64,000 nucleotides of DNA from an uncultured Alphaproteobacteria bacterium (GCA_943787445.1 CALSML010000012.1:24096-88095), one strand, 5' to 3'; shown: positions 20,452-31,310, counted from the stretch's first letter. A program made the numbers and translations. The notes: generated by a model not told the origin, from the letters alone.

Positions 20452-21804
20452 ATGCCTGAAACCATGTCCGCGGATGACCGCGATCGTCTCTCCGCGCTTG
20501 TTGCCGATGCCACCAAGCGCGGGGCCGACGCTGCCGATGCCGTCCTCATTCGGTCGACGTCTCTGTCTCACGCACAACGTCTGGGGGAGATCGAGAAGCT
20601 CGAGCGTCAGGAAAGCTTCGATCTTGGGTTACGGGTCTTCCGCGGCAAGAAGCAGGCGATCGTCTCGTCGACGGATTTTTCCAACACAGCTCTTGATGAA
20701 CTTGTGGACCGGGCCCTCGACATGGCGGCCACGGTCCCCGACGACCCCTGGGCCGGACTGGCTGACCCGGATCAGCTGGCAACCAAAATTCCCGATCTCG
20801 ACATGGTCGATTCAGACGAGCCGGCCAGCGATGTTCTGATCGACATGGCGCGCAGATGTGAGGACGCTGCGCGGGCTGTGACCGGCATTACCAACTCCGA
20901 CGGCGCAGAAGCAAGCTGGAGCCACAGCCACATCACCCTTGCCGCCAGCAACGGTTTCACTGGCAGCTATGCCCGCACCGATTGCGGCGTCGGGGTCTCC
21001 GTCATTGCCGGTGAAGGCACCGAAATGGAGGCCGAATACGATTTCGCCCATGCCGTCTACCGATCCGACCTGGAAGATGCGGCCGCGGTCGGCACCCGCG
21101 CGGGCGAGCGCACCGTGGCCCGCCTGGGGGCACGCCGAATGACCACCTCACAGGTCCCCGTGGTCTTTGATCCGCGCGTGGCCGGCGGCTTGCTGGGACA
21201 CCTCTCCGGCGCCATCACAGGGCCATCGATTGCCCGCGGCACCAGTTTTCTGAAAGACAGTCTCGGCAAACAGATTTTTGCTCCGGGCATTCAGGTCATG
21301 GACGACCCGCACCGCCCCCGTGGCATGCGCTCCAAGCCCTTCGATGCTGAAGGTGTCGCAAATACGAAGCGCGCACTGGTGGAAGATGGGACGCTAACCA
21401 CGTGGCTGCTCGACCTGTCATCGGCGCGCCAACTGGACATGCAATCCACCGGTCATGCCGGTCGCGGAACCTCCGGTCCGCCCTCGCCGGGGCCGACAAA
21501 CCTGTATCTGGAGCCGGGCACCATGTCGCGGGACGACCTGCTGGCGGAGACCGGTACGGGCTTTTACGTCACATCCCTTATGGGTATGGGCGTGAATGGT
21601 GTGACCGGCGATTATTCGCGCGGCGCATCCGGCTTCTGGATCGAAAATGGCGAGATCGCCTTCCCGGTGACCGAAATGACCATCGCGGGGAATCTGAAGG
21701 ACATGTTCCTGTCCCTCACACCAGCTGACGATCTGGAATTCCGCTATGGCACCAACAGTCCGACAGTCCGGATCGAAGGCCTGACCGTGGCCGGGGGTGC
21801 CTGA
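20452..21804 (+). CDS. pmbA: metalloprotease PmbA/TldE
   Basis: Intact 450-aa TldD/PmbA-family ORF that lacks the HExxxH site seen in the TldD copy. Confidence 0.87.
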   Translation: MPETMSADDRDRLSALVADATKRGADAADAVLIRSTSLSHAQRLGEIEKLERQESFDLGLRVFRGKKQAIVSSTDFSNTALDELVDRALDMAATVPDDPWAGLADPDQLATKIPDLDMVDSDEPASDVLIDMARRCEDAARAVTGITNSDGAEASWSHSHITLAASNGFTGSYARTDCGVGVSVIAGEGTEMEAEYDFAHAVYRSDLEDAAAVGTRAGERTVARLGARRMTTSQVPVVFDPRVAGGLLGHLSGAITGPSIARGTSFLKDSLGKQIFAPGIQVMDDPHRPRGMRSKPFDAEGVANTKRALVEDGTLTTWLLDLSSARQLDMQSTGHAGRGTSGPPSPGPTNLYLEPGTMSRDDLLAETGTGFYVTSLMGMGVNGVTGDYSRGASGFWIENGEIAFPVTEMTIAGNLKDMFLSLTPADDLEFRYGTNSPTVRIEGLTVAGGA

Positions 21805-21831
21805 CCCCCGCTTCACAGCGGGAATACGCCA

Positions 21832-22377
21832 CTAAGGCAAAAGCGGGATCGGCTGATCCTCGGGCGGATCAACATCAAAGGCATTGGCGGTACAGCAGGT
21901 CATCCCGAACTGGCCCGTTGCCGCGACAAGCGCCACCAGATCGGTTTCGCCCATCAGCGCTTCAGCGGCAGCGTAGGTTGCATCGCTGAGTTTGCGCGTG
22001 CTCAGCAATTCGCTGGCTACGACGAAACACATACGCTCGCGTTCATCGCTGAGTTCAGGTGTCTGACGGGCATTGATGGCATCAATGATCTCACGATCGA
22101 GACCGACCTTCAGACCATTGCGGGACTGCGCAAACCACGGATAGCGCGCATCCCAGTGCCGGGACACGAGCAGCAAAACGATCTGTCGCTCGCGGCTGCT
22201 CAGCGGGCCGGCCCCCAAGCAATTCCGCATATCCTGAGTTTTTTGAAACAGATCGGGAATACGAATATAGGCATAGAACGGGCCGCCCAGCGGGTCCCTG
22301 GCCTCTTTTGCCGCGTCATAAACACGGGCCTGCTCCGCGTTCATGTCGTCACGCGCGATGATGTCGATGCGAGTCAT
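21832..22377 (-). CDS. carboxymuconolactone decarboxylase (AhpD-like) family protein
   Basis: 181 aa. The pattern ...LSSRERQIVLLLVSRHWDARYPWFAQ... is typical of CMD-family proteins. Confidence 0.72.
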   Translation of the reverse strand: MTRIDIIARDDMNAEQARVYDAAKEARDPLGGPFYAYIRIPDLFQKTQDMRNCLGAGPLSSRERQIVLLLVSRHWDARYPWFAQSRNGLKVGLDREIIDAINARQTPELSDERERMCFVVASELLSTRKLSDATYAAAEALMGETDLVALVAATGQFGMTCCTANAFDVDPPEDQPIPLLP

Positions 22378-22431
22378 TGCCCTACCTCTGTCTGATGTTT
22401 GCCACGCTGATCATCGGCGCCGACGAACGGG

Positions 22432-23298
22432 CTAACCGTCCTTGCGCGCGACCATCCACATATTGTCGCTCAGGAAGAAACGATCGAGCGCATTGAAGCT
22501 GACCACCTTGAACCCGGCATCCTCGACCATCGCCCGCAGGCTTTCCGGGGTGAAATGGTTCACATGTCCGGGGAAGCGAAACCCACACCAGCGCGACCCC
22601 ATGACCCGCCGATTGATACTGGCAAAATTGGGCACCTTGATGATGGTGACACCGCCGGGCTGCAGCACCCGGGATGCCTGTGCGAGCAGTTTCACCGGCT
22701 GATGTTCGTGCTCGAGGAAAGAACGCATGAGAACACCGCTGGCCTGACCCGAGGGAAAGCTTTCCAGCCCTTCCAGCGCCGGCGCGTTGATAATGCGTCC
22801 ATTGCGCTTGCCCAGACGTTCCTCTCCGGCCTTCGCCAGAGCCTCGGAAATCTCGATGCCGCAGCACGCATAGTGATCGGGCAGAACCAGAAGCCGGTCC
22901 GCATCCCCGCAGCCCACATCGATCACCTCGCCGGGCGACACCCACTTCCTGATTCGGTTGGCGAGCTTGTCCGGCTTTTTCACCACGGCGCGATAGAATT
23001 TACGCCAGGCCCGCGAAATCGCATGAGAGACCGGGTATTCCTTTTTCATCCGCTTCGAGCGATCGCCATGATTACGTTCCCACGCAAAGGCAACGGCGAG
23101 ATCTGCGTAGTCAGGCGGGTTTTCCAGATAGACGAATTCACATTTGGCGCATGTGCGCAGCACCCAGTGCTGCCACGAATATTCCAGCGGGGGCACACCG
23201 GCATTATTGGTGCCGCAGCTGGGGCAGGTTCGGTGCAGCAGGGATCCGGTCGGTTCGGTCTCCGGACCCCCGGCTGGCGCGGGTTCCACATTGGCCAT
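22432..23298 (-). CDS. class I SAM-dependent methyltransferase with N-terminal zinc ribbon
   Basis: It has CPSCG...CAKCEF cysteine pairs followed by the SAM motif I VIDVGCGDA and a post-I acidic residue. I take the start at the ATG at 23298. Confidence 0.75.
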   Translation of the reverse strand: MANVEPAPAGGPETEPTGSLLHRTCPSCGTNNAGVPPLEYSWQHWVLRTCAKCEFVYLENPPDYADLAVAFAWERNHGDRSKRMKKEYPVSHAISRAWRKFYRAVVKKPDKLANRIRKWVSPGEVIDVGCGDADRLLVLPDHYACCGIEISEALAKAGEERLGKRNGRIINAPALEGLESFPSGQASGVLMRSFLEHEHQPVKLLAQASRVLQPGGVTIIKVPNFASINRRVMGSRWCGFRFPGHVNHFTPESLRAMVEDAGFKVVSFNALDRFFLSDNMWMVARKDG

Positions 23299-23448
23299 GG
23301 GAAAGTCTGTATCACCCTTGCCGCGCGTTGAACAACCACCTCGCACACGCGAACAAGCGACATTCCATCGCGCATGTTAAACTTGCGTTGGCGACGGCGT
23401 CTGTGGCTCCATTCCGCCGCGACCAATGGAGGCATTCCGGCCCGCGAT

Positions 23449-25269
23449 ATGCAGGATTCGGCGAAAGACAGCACATCCCATCTGATGGGCCGACTCTGGC
23501 GAGACTGGATTCGCCCGCACCGCCGTCGCGTGGTGGGAGCGGTGAGCCTGATGCTTCTGGTTGCTGCGTCCTCTGCGGCCTATCCGAAGGTCATCGAGAC
23601 CTCATTCAACATGCTCGAAAACAAGGACCGCACCGTCGTCTGGCTGATGCCGCTGATCGTTCTTGCGGTGACCTTCACAAAGGGCATGGCGTCCTTCGGA
23701 CAAAGTGTCCTCAGTCAGTCGATCGCGCTGCGGGTGATCAATGCGCTCCAGAAAGCCATGTTCGCCCATCTGATGCGGGCCGATCTGCAGACCCATCACC
23801 TCACATCGACGGGGAAGCTGATCTCGCGCTTCACCAATGACGTCAATCTGATGCGCGATGCCCTGTCACGCACCCTGACGGCCATGGCCCGTGATTTCAT
23901 GACTGCTGCAGCCCTGATCGGGATGATGTTCTATCTCGACTGGCTGCTGACCATCATCGTCATCGTGACCCTCCCGGCCGCAGCCATCCCGATTGTACGC
24001 ATTGGCCGGCGCCTGCGGCGCGCCTCGTCGAATGCGCAGACCGGCATGGGCGAACTCACCTCGAATCTCGAACAGGCCTTCTCGGGCATTCGGCTGGTGA
24101 AGTCGTACCGGATGGAACGTTACGAACAGGATCGCGCCAACGATCTGTTCGACCGGATCTACTATCTGGTCATGAAGACCGTCCGCGGACGAGCCCGGAC
24201 CTATCCGATTCTGGAAACCATTGGCGGTTTCGCGGTGGCAGCAGTTCTGGCCTATGGCGGCTGGCGTATCATCTGGGGTACGGGCACCCTGGGCGAATTT
24301 GTCGGCTTCCTCACCGCCGTGATCCTTGCCTATCAGCCCATTCGCAGCCTCGGAAATCTGAACGCCGCACTTCAGGAAGGCCTCGCCGCCGTGAAGCGCA
24401 CCTTCGACCTGCTGGATGAGAATGCTGAAATATTCGATACCCCCGACGCCAGGCCGCTCGCACTGGACGGTGGCGAGGTATCCTTCGAAAACGTGTCCTT
24501 CGCCTATGAAGAAGGCAAAACAGCCTTGGAAGGCGTGATCTTTACGGTCGAGGCCGGTCGCAACATCGCGCTGGTCGGACCGAGCGGTGCCGGAAAATCG
24601 ACCGTGATGAACATGCTGCTGCGCTTCTATGACGCCGACAGCGGCACCGTGAAGATCGACGGGCAGGACGTGCGCGATGTGACGGTCGCCAGCCTGCGCG
24701 ACAGTGTGGCTCTGGTCAGTCAGGACGTGACTCTGTTTAACGATACGGTCGCCGCGAATATCCGTTTCGGACGGCCGGACGCCAGCGACGATGACGTCAT
24801 CTCGGCTGCAAAATCTGCTGCCGCCCATGAGTTCATTTCTGCACTACCCGAAGGCTATGAAACCATTGTCGGGGATCGCGGCCTGAAACTTTCCGGCGGC
24901 GAGCGCCAGCGCATCGCCATTGCACGCGCCATGCTCAAGGACGCTCCGATCTTGTTGCTCGACGAAGCCACCAGTGCTCTGGATGCGGAATCCGAACAAA
25001 TCGTGCAAGCCGCCCTCGAACGCCTGACCGAGGGTCGCACAACCCTGGTGATCGCCCATCGCCTCGCCACGGTAATGAATGCGGACGGCATTCTGGTGAT
25101 GGATGGAGGCAAGGTTGTCGAGACCGGCACCCATGAAGCACTAATCCAGCAGAACGGCCTTTACGCAAGGCTCAGCCGGCTACAGTTCCGTGCCACGACG
25201 ATGGACGCGCCGGAGGACAATCCGGACGACAGCGACGATGGGACAGCTGGCGCACGCGCACAGGCATGA
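23449..25269 (+). CDS. msbA: ABC transporter permease/ATPase, MsbA-like lipid A exporter
   Basis: A six-TM domain followed by Walker A GPSGAGKST, the signature LSGGERQR and Walker B ILLLDEATS. Its stop overlaps the waaA start (ATGA). Confidence 0.8.
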   Translation: MQDSAKDSTSHLMGRLWRDWIRPHRRRVVGAVSLMLLVAASSAAYPKVIETSFNMLENKDRTVVWLMPLIVLAVTFTKGMASFGQSVLSQSIALRVINALQKAMFAHLMRADLQTHHLTSTGKLISRFTNDVNLMRDALSRTLTAMARDFMTAAALIGMMFYLDWLLTIIVIVTLPAAAIPIVRIGRRLRRASSNAQTGMGELTSNLEQAFSGIRLVKSYRMERYEQDRANDLFDRIYYLVMKTVRGRARTYPILETIGGFAVAAVLAYGGWRIIWGTGTLGEFVGFLTAVILAYQPIRSLGNLNAALQEGLAAVKRTFDLLDENAEIFDTPDARPLALDGGEVSFENVSFAYEEGKTALEGVIFTVEAGRNIALVGPSGAGKSTVMNMLLRFYDADSGTVKIDGQDVRDVTVASLRDSVALVSQDVTLFNDTVAANIRFGRPDASDDDVISAAKSAAAHEFISALPEGYETIVGDRGLKLSGGERQRIAIARAMLKDAPILLLDEATSALDAESEQIVQAALERLTEGRTTLVIAHRLATVMNADGILVMDGGKVVETGTHEALIQQNGLYARLSRLQFRATTMDAPEDNPDDSDDGTAGARAQA

Positions 25270-26588
25270 ACGCCAGCATCGCCGCCATGGCTTCCCGCAA
25301 ATCAACCTTTGCTGCCAGACTCTATCGTGTGATCACGACGGGCGGTCTGCCGCTGGTGGAACTGCTGCTCCAGCACCGCACCATGCGCGGCAAGGAAGAA
25401 ACAGCCCGGGTCGATGAACGGCGCGGTGACCCGTCCGTCGAACGTCCTCGGGGGCCGCTGGTCTGGATTCATGCGGCGAGCATCGGGGAAGCGCAGTCGG
25501 TTCTGGTGCTCATCGAACGTATCCTGCGGACATCGCCCGACCTCAACATTCTGATGACCACCGGAACGGTAACTTCGGCCCAGATGATGGGCCAGCGCCT
25601 GCCCGGACGCGCCATTCATCAATATGTGCCCGTGGACCGCATCAGCTGGGTGCGCAGTTTTCTGGATTACTGGAAACCGGGGGCCGCGCTCTGGGTGGAA
25701 TCCGAACTCTGGCCAAATCTGGTGTTGGAATCAAAACGCCGCGGAATTCCCCTAGCCTTGATCAACGCCCGGATGTCGGAACGGTCCCACAAAAGCTGGC
25801 GGCGCGCGCCGGGCCTCGCCCATGAATTGCTGTCGGCCTTCGACACGATCCTCGCGCAGGATGACGACATTGCCGTTCGATTGCGCGATCTGGGCGCACC
25901 CCATGTGTCAGTGACTGGCAACCTCAAACTGGCGGCCGAACCCTTGCCAGCCACCGCCGGAGAACTCATCGCCCTGCAGGATGCAATCGGGGACCGCCCG
26001 GTCTGGCTCGCCGCGAGCACCCATCGCACCGAAGAGGATATCGTCGGCGAGGTCCACAACGCCCTAATGGATCGGTTTCCCGGTCTCCTGACGCTTCTGG
26101 CTCCGCGGCACCCGCAACGCGGTGACGAGATCGAGCAAAACCTCATGAGGATGGGCCTGACCGTGACGCGCCGGTCGCGCGATGACGCGATCACGGCCGA
26201 AACGAATATTCATCTGGTCGATGCGACCGGCCTTCTCGGACAGCTCTACCGGGTCAGCCCACTGGCATTCATTGGCGGCTCGCTCATTCCCCATGGCGGT
26301 CAGAACATGCTGGAAGCAGCCCAGCTGGGCTGCGCCGTCCTGCACGGTCCCCATATCGACAACTTCCGCTCGATCACGGCCAGCCTCGCCGCCGCCGGGG
26401 CCAGTCGTGAGGTGGCGGATCGCGCAGAACTGACCAGCTGCGTGGCCGAACTGCTCGCCAACCCGGATCAGTTGCACACAATGGCGACCAATGCGGAAGC
26501 CGCAGCAGCGCGCAATCGCGAAGTGCTGGAAACGACCATGCAACGCCTCCAGCCCCTGATCGCCAAAGCCGTGGCGAGCACACCATGA
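25266..26588 (+). CDS. waaA: 3-deoxy-D-manno-octulosonic acid transferase
   Basis: 440 aa with WIHAASIGEAQS and GGSL.PHGGQN..EA motifs typical of KdtA/WaaA. It is coupled to both neighbouring genes. Confidence 0.9.
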   Translation: MNASIAAMASRKSTFAARLYRVITTGGLPLVELLLQHRTMRGKEETARVDERRGDPSVERPRGPLVWIHAASIGEAQSVLVLIERILRTSPDLNILMTTGTVTSAQMMGQRLPGRAIHQYVPVDRISWVRSFLDYWKPGAALWVESELWPNLVLESKRRGIPLALINARMSERSHKSWRRAPGLAHELLSAFDTILAQDDDIAVRLRDLGAPHVSVTGNLKLAAEPLPATAGELIALQDAIGDRPVWLAASTHRTEEDIVGEVHNALMDRFPGLLTLLAPRHPQRGDEIEQNLMRMGLTVTRRSRDDAITAETNIHLVDATGLLGQLYRVSPLAFIGGSLIPHGGQNMLEAAQLGCAVLHGPHIDNFRSITASLAAAGASREVADRAELTSCVAELLANPDQLHTMATNAEAAAARNREVLETTMQRLQPLIAKAVASTP

Positions 26589-27556
26589 AGGCGCCCGCAT
26601 TCTGGTACGAGGCATCCGGTTCGCGGACCGCATCGCTGCTGGGTCCGGTGGCCGCGCTCTATGATCTGGCAGGCCGCCTCACACGCGCGGGAAAGCATCC
26701 GCAGAGATGCCAGGCCAAAGTGATTTGCGTTGGCAATCTGGTTGCCGGTGGCGCCGGGAAAACCCCGGTTTCCCTCGCTCTCGCCGCATTGCTGGACGAT
26801 GCCGGAATCGCCTTTCTGACCCGCGGCTATGGCGGGCGCGAAACCGGACCACTGCGCGTGGACACCAACGGCCATACCGCCCGGGACGTGGGCGATGAAG
26901 CCCTGCTGCTGGCCCGCGCCGCACCCACATGGGTCGCACGGAACCGGCCGGCCGGTGCCCGCGCCGCGGTAACATCGGGTGCCCGGACCATCATCATGGA
27001 TGACGGATTTCAGAACCCTTCTCTCCACAAGGACATCTCCCTTGTCGTGGTCGATGGGGCCACTGGCTTCGGCAATGGCCGGGTCATGCCCGCCGGGCCT
27101 CTGCGTGAAACCGTTCCCGATGGTCTGGCACGCGCGGATGCCATCGTGATCGTGGGTGATGATACGGCTGGGATCGCCGCCGGACTCACAAACCCGTTCC
27201 CTGTTTTCCAGGGGCAACTTGTTACCGGGCCCGAATCCACTTCCCTTGCCGGGCGTCGGGTGCTGACGTTTGCCGGAATCGGCCGACCGCAGAAATTCTT
27301 CGACACGCTGCGCAACATGGGATGCGAGATTGTCGGCAGTCGTGAATTTGCCGACCACCAGCCCTACACCCCCGAGCAGATCATGAAACTCTGTGAAGAC
27401 GCCGCCGCACTGGATGCCGTGCCGGTCACGACGGAAAAGGATCTGGTACGACTGCCCCCCGAGGCCCGCGCCATGGTGACAAGCGTGCCGGTCACCCTGC
27501 AATGGACCGACCCGGATGCCGTCCGGAGTTTTCTGAACACAAAACTTTCGCGCTAG
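26585..27556 (+). CDS. lpxK: tetraacyldisaccharide 4'-kinase
   Basis: 323 aa with the P-loop VGNLVAGGAGKTP and DDGFQN motifs. Confidence 0.9.
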   Translation: MKAPAFWYEASGSRTASLLGPVAALYDLAGRLTRAGKHPQRCQAKVICVGNLVAGGAGKTPVSLALAALLDDAGIAFLTRGYGGRETGPLRVDTNGHTARDVGDEALLLARAAPTWVARNRPAGARAAVTSGARTIIMDDGFQNPSLHKDISLVVVDGATGFGNGRVMPAGPLRETVPDGLARADAIVIVGDDTAGIAAGLTNPFPVFQGQLVTGPESTSLAGRRVLTFAGIGRPQKFFDTLRNMGCEIVGSREFADHQPYTPEQIMKLCEDAAALDAVPVTTEKDLVRLPPEARAMVTSVPVTLQWTDPDAVRSFLNTKLSR

Positions 27557-28371
27557 CCGCCCGTCGGCATGGGACCGGCGATCAGTTCCGGATCGAGCCG
27601 CAGATCAAACCAGTTGATACGCCAGTCCAGATGCGGCCCCGTCGACCGACCTGTGAACCCCACGGTTCCAATCTCTTCACCCACCCGGACCATCTGACCC
27701 TCCGACACCCCGATACTGGCGAGATGGGAGTAAATCGTCGTCACCCCGTGTCCGTGATCGAGCACGATGGTGCCGCCGGTGTAAAACAGATCGGTTTCAG
27801 CAAGCGAGACCACTCCGTCCGCCGATGCCGCGACCGGAGAACCCTGCGGCGCAGCGATATCAATCCCGAGATGGGGCCGACGCGGCTTTCCGTTGAGGAT
27901 GCGCTGGTTCCCGTAACGGCCGCTGATCCGCCCGGTCATCGGCCAGCGAAATCCCGACAGCACGTGCACAAGGTCAGTGTCCCGCGCGCGGGCCGCCGAA
28001 ATCATCCGGCCTTCCCGGTAAATCCGCTCAACATCGGTTTTCAGGGGGGACACTTTGCGTGCCGGCAGCCCGTCGATTCGTTCAATGTCATAGTCGCGTC
28101 TCGCCACGGCAAAGGTGAAGACCTGCGCCGTCCCGTCCGGAGCCTTGGTCGCGACCCGTACGGGCTGCGCCTGATCGCGACCGATTCCGAACACGAAACG
28201 CCCGCTCTGTGCATCCACGCGCACCGGTTTGTCATTGACGGTCACGGAGGTGCCGGGTGCAACAGTCCCGACCCGCAACGCGCCCTGCACAACCGGGCCA
28301 TCAAGTTCCAGCGCGGCTGCCGGGCCGACCAGGGCCACAGCAAAAAGAACGGCAAGCCAGAACGGCTTCAA
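27553..28371 (-). CDS. M23 family metallopeptidase
   Basis: Signal peptide KPFWLAVLFAVALVGPAAA and M23 motifs HLGIDIAAPQGSPV and GPHLDWRINW. It appears to start at a TTG overlapping the xseA stop. Its stop shares a CTAG tetranucleotide with the convergent lpxK stop. Confidence 0.84.
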   Translation of the reverse strand: MKPFWLAVLFAVALVGPAAALELDGPVVQGALRVGTVAPGTSVTVNDKPVRVDAQSGRFVFGIGRDQAQPVRVATKAPDGTAQVFTFAVARRDYDIERIDGLPARKVSPLKTDVERIYREGRMISAARARDTDLVHVLSGFRWPMTGRISGRYGNQRILNGKPRRPHLGIDIAAPQGSPVAASADGVVSLAETDLFYTGGTIVLDHGHGVTTIYSHLASIGVSEGQMVRVGEEIGTVGFTGRSTGPHLDWRINWFDLRLDPELIAGPMPTGG

Positions 28372-29942
28372 AGCAGCGAGCCCTGCGGGTCATCGGCCGC
28401 GTTCGGTTTCGCAGCCGTTTTTGCTTTCCGTCTGACAGGCTTTTTGGCCGCGGGCTTCGCTGTCGGCCTTGTTGGCCCGGTACCGCCACCCACCGAGTCC
28501 ACCGTGGCCGCCACATGGCCGTCATTCTGAAATGTCAGCGCAATCCCGTCTCCCGGGCTCAAGCCCTCCGCAGACAACACCGGCGCGCCGGCCGCGTCAC
28601 GCACCAGCACGAAGCCACGCTCCAGAACGCCTTTATAGGAATAGCTTTCGAGCAGCTGTGCCAGTGACCTCAGCTTTCTGTCGGCACTATCGCGCAGGCG
28701 CGTCTGGGCCTGATCGAGACGCGTTGCAAAGGAGCCGATATCGCGCAGGTCCCGCTCGATCTTGGCCTCACTCCCCGTCTTTGCCGCAGCCAGCTGGGCA
28801 ACAGAAGCCGCCAGATCCCGCCGCTTGCCCTCAACATACTGGTCCGGCTTCACAAGCTGGCGGCCCTGGCCGATCACGGCTTCGGCTTTCGTGCGGATCA
28901 CCCGCTGCAGCGCCGGACCCAGCCGTTCGGCCCAGTCATCCACGCGCTGCATCGCGCTTTCAAGAAGTCGGCGTGGTGCGGGCAGGCCCCGCCCCAGCGC
29001 CGTGACATCCTGAGTGCGTCCGCGTAGCAAGCGGGTTACGCCGCCAGTCAGCCGGGCTTCGTTTTCGGCCACCTGGGCGATCAGATCCGCCCGCACGGGC
29101 ACCGCCATCTCAGCGGCTGCCGTGGGAGTTGGTGCCCGGCGGTCCGAAGCAAAATCAATTAACGTAGTGTCGGTCTCATGCCCCACGGCAGAGATTAACG
29201 GGATGTCACTGGCCGCTGCGGCCCGCACCACATTCTCTTCATTGAAGGCCATCAGATCTTCCAGCGATCCACCACCGCGCGCTACGATGATCAGATCCGG
29301 GCGTGGCACAGCGGCCCCCGGCGCAATCCGGTTGAACCCCTCAATCGCAGCGGTCACTTGCGCTGCCGCTGTGTTGCCCTGCACCACCACCGGCCAGACC
29401 AGCACGTGGCGCGGAAAACGGTCTTCCAGTCGATGCAGAATGTCGCGGATCACGGCCCCGGTCGGCGAGGTCACCACCCCGATCACATCGGGCAGAAACG
29501 GGATTTTCGCTTTGCGATCCGCATCGAACAGGCCTTCGGCGGCCAGCCGCTTGCGCCGCTCCTCGATCATCTTCAGCAGCGCGCCCTCGCCTGCCACCTC
29601 GATACGCTCGATCACCAGCTGGTACTTGGACCGCGCCGCATAGGTCGTGACCCGCCCCGTGGCGATCACCTCCAGCCCATCTTCGGGCTGAATGTCCAGC
29701 CGCCCGGCCGTGCCCTTCCAGCAAACCCCATCGATCACCGCATCGGCATCCTTCAGGGCCATATAGAGATGGCCCGAGGCCGCGCGCTTGAACCCGGAAA
29801 TCTCGCCGCGCACCCGCACATAGGCGAATTTGTCCTCGACCGTCCGTTTGACGTCGCTGCTCAGCTCGGCCACGGAGACCACCGGCGGCTGGTTATCGCC
29901 CACCGGGTCGCTCAGAAGATCGTCGTGGAGGTTGTCGCTCAT
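28368..29942 (-). CDS. xseA: exodeoxyribonuclease VII large subunit
   Basis: 524 aa with an OB-fold N-terminus (VRVRGEISGFKRAASGHLYMALKD), the catalytic block ARGGGSLEDL, and a Lys/Ala/Pro-rich C-terminal tail. Confidence 0.9.
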   Translation of the reverse strand: MSDNLHDDLLSDPVGDNQPPVVSVAELSSDVKRTVEDKFAYVRVRGEISGFKRAASGHLYMALKDADAVIDGVCWKGTAGRLDIQPEDGLEVIATGRVTTYAARSKYQLVIERIEVAGEGALLKMIEERRKRLAAEGLFDADRKAKIPFLPDVIGVVTSPTGAVIRDILHRLEDRFPRHVLVWPVVVQGNTAAAQVTAAIEGFNRIAPGAAVPRPDLIIVARGGGSLEDLMAFNEENVVRAAAASDIPLISAVGHETDTTLIDFASDRRAPTPTAAAEMAVPVRADLIAQVAENEARLTGGVTRLLRGRTQDVTALGRGLPAPRRLLESAMQRVDDWAERLGPALQRVIRTKAEAVIGQGRQLVKPDQYVEGKRRDLAASVAQLAAAKTGSEAKIERDLRDIGSFATRLDQAQTRLRDSADRKLRSLAQLLESYSYKGVLERGFVLVRDAAGAPVLSAEGLSPGDGIALTFQNDGHVAATVDSVGGGTGPTRPTAKPAAKKPVRRKAKTAAKPNAADDPQGSLL

Positions 29943-30039
29943 GGGATGATGCTATCGCAGGTCGTCTGGTTCATCGAATCATCCCTATGATACAAACTGC
30001 CGCTCCGGAAACGAAGGACCCAGCGAAGGACGATCATTC

Positions 30040-31305
30040 ATGCGTATTCTAGTTGTCGGCGGCGGTGGTCGCGAACACGCATTGTGCTGGGCCATTGCCG
30101 GATCGCCACTCTGCGACAAACTCTATTGCGCCCCGGGCAATGCCGGTATCCGACAGGATGCCGAATGTGTCCCGATCTCCGCCGAGGATGTGGACGGGCT
30201 GGTCAATTTTGCCACTGAAAATGCCATCGATCTGGTGGTGGTCGGCCCCGAAGGCCCGCTGGTTCTGGGTCTGGTCGACCGGCTGGAGGCCCTGAACATC
30301 CGTGCCTTCGGCCCGCGCGCCAATGCTGCCATGCTCGAAGGCTCCAAAGGGTTCATGAAGGACCTCTGCGCCCGCCACGGAATCGCGACGGCAGCCTATG
30401 GCCGGTTTACCGAAGCCGAATCCGCAAAAGCCTATATCCGCGAACAGGGCGCTCCGATTGTGGTGAAAGCCGATGGCCTGGCCGCCGGCAAGGGTGTGAC
30501 CGTCGCCCAGTCCGTCGAGGAAGCTCTCAAGGCCGTCGATGATGCCATGACCCACAACGCCTTTGGCAATGCGGGCGCGGAACTGGTCGTGGAAGAATTT
30601 CTCGATGGCGAGGAATTGTCATTCTTCGTTCTGGTCGATGGCACCAACGCCCTGCCCCTCGCCGGTGCACAGGATCACAAGGCCGTCGGCGAAGGCGACA
30701 CCGGGCCGAACACCGGTGGCATGGGGGCCTATTCCCCTGCACCGTCTCTGACCGAAGCGCTGGAATCCGAAGTGATGGAAACCATCATCATGCCGACCGT
30801 GCGCGGCATGGCCGAAGATGGCTGCCCCTATACCGGCGTGCTCTATGCCGGGCTGATGCTGACCAAAGACGGACCGAAACTGCTCGAATACAATGTGCGG
30901 TTCGGTGATCCGGAATGTCAGGTTCTGATGATGCGGCTGCGCTCGGACATCGTGCCAGCGCTGGTCGCGGCCTGTGACGGCGTACTGGAGAGTTTCGACC
31001 TGCGCTGGTCCGATGACGCGGCCATGACCGTCGTGCTCGCCGCCAATGGCTATCCGGGTGGCTATGAAAAAGGCACCGAGATCAAGGGCCTGGACGCCGC
31101 CGCAGCGACCGGCGCGATGGTGTTTCATGCCGGCACCATGGCGGAGGGCGAAAAAATACTCGCGAATGGCGGGCGGGTCCTCAATGTCACGGCTCACGCA
31201 CCGAGCATCGCCGAAGCCCAGCAGGGTGCCTATGCCGCCATCGAGGCCATCGACTGGCCCGACGGGTTCTGCCGCCGGGATATCGGCTGGCGGGCGATCA
31301 GCTAG
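30040..31305 (+). CDS. purD: phosphoribosylamine--glycine ligase
   Basis: 421 aa with the N-terminus [18 protein letters not shown] and an ATP-grasp core. Confidence 0.95.
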   Translation: MRILVVGGGGREHALCWAIAGSPLCDKLYCAPGNAGIRQDAECVPISAEDVDGLVNFATENAIDLVVVGPEGPLVLGLVDRLEALNIRAFGPRANAAMLEGSKGFMKDLCARHGIATAAYGRFTEAESAKAYIREQGAPIVVKADGLAAGKGVTVAQSVEEALKAVDDAMTHNAFGNAGAELVVEEFLDGEELSFFVLVDGTNALPLAGAQDHKAVGEGDTGPNTGGMGAYSPAPSLTEALESEVMETIIMPTVRGMAEDGCPYTGVLYAGLMLTKDGPKLLEYNVRFGDPECQVLMMRLRSDIVPALVAACDGVLESFDLRWSDDAAMTVVLAANGYPGGYEKGTEIKGLDAAAATGAMVFHAGTMAEGEKILANGGRVLNVTAHAPSIAEAQQGAYAAIEAIDWPDGFCRRDIGWRAIS

Positions 31306-31310
31306 ACCGG

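Noticed and set aside
21807-21822. Hairpin CCCGCT-TCAC-AGCGGG between the convergent pmbA and CMD-family genes as a terminator. Similar short hairpins occur at 45040-45070 and 63190-63206.
   Set aside because: The stems are only 5-7 bp and no U-tract follows on either strand. Only the 53791-53819 structure meets the usual intrinsic-terminator criteria.
27553-27556. Convergent lpxK and M23 peptidase stop codons sharing the palindrome CTAG.
   Set aside because: It is real in the sequence, but a trivial consequence of tight packing of convergent genes. No functional implication can be supported.
29943-30039. A riboswitch (ZTP/pfl-type) or purine-regulatory element upstream of purD. An 8-bp inverted repeat GGGATGAT...ATCATCCC is present.
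   Set aside because: The 97-nt spacer lacks the conserved ZTP pseudoknot sequences, for example the CCGCCTGGGC-like 3' element. It is also shared with the divergent xseA start. A single 8-bp inverted repeat is not enough to call a regulatory RNA.
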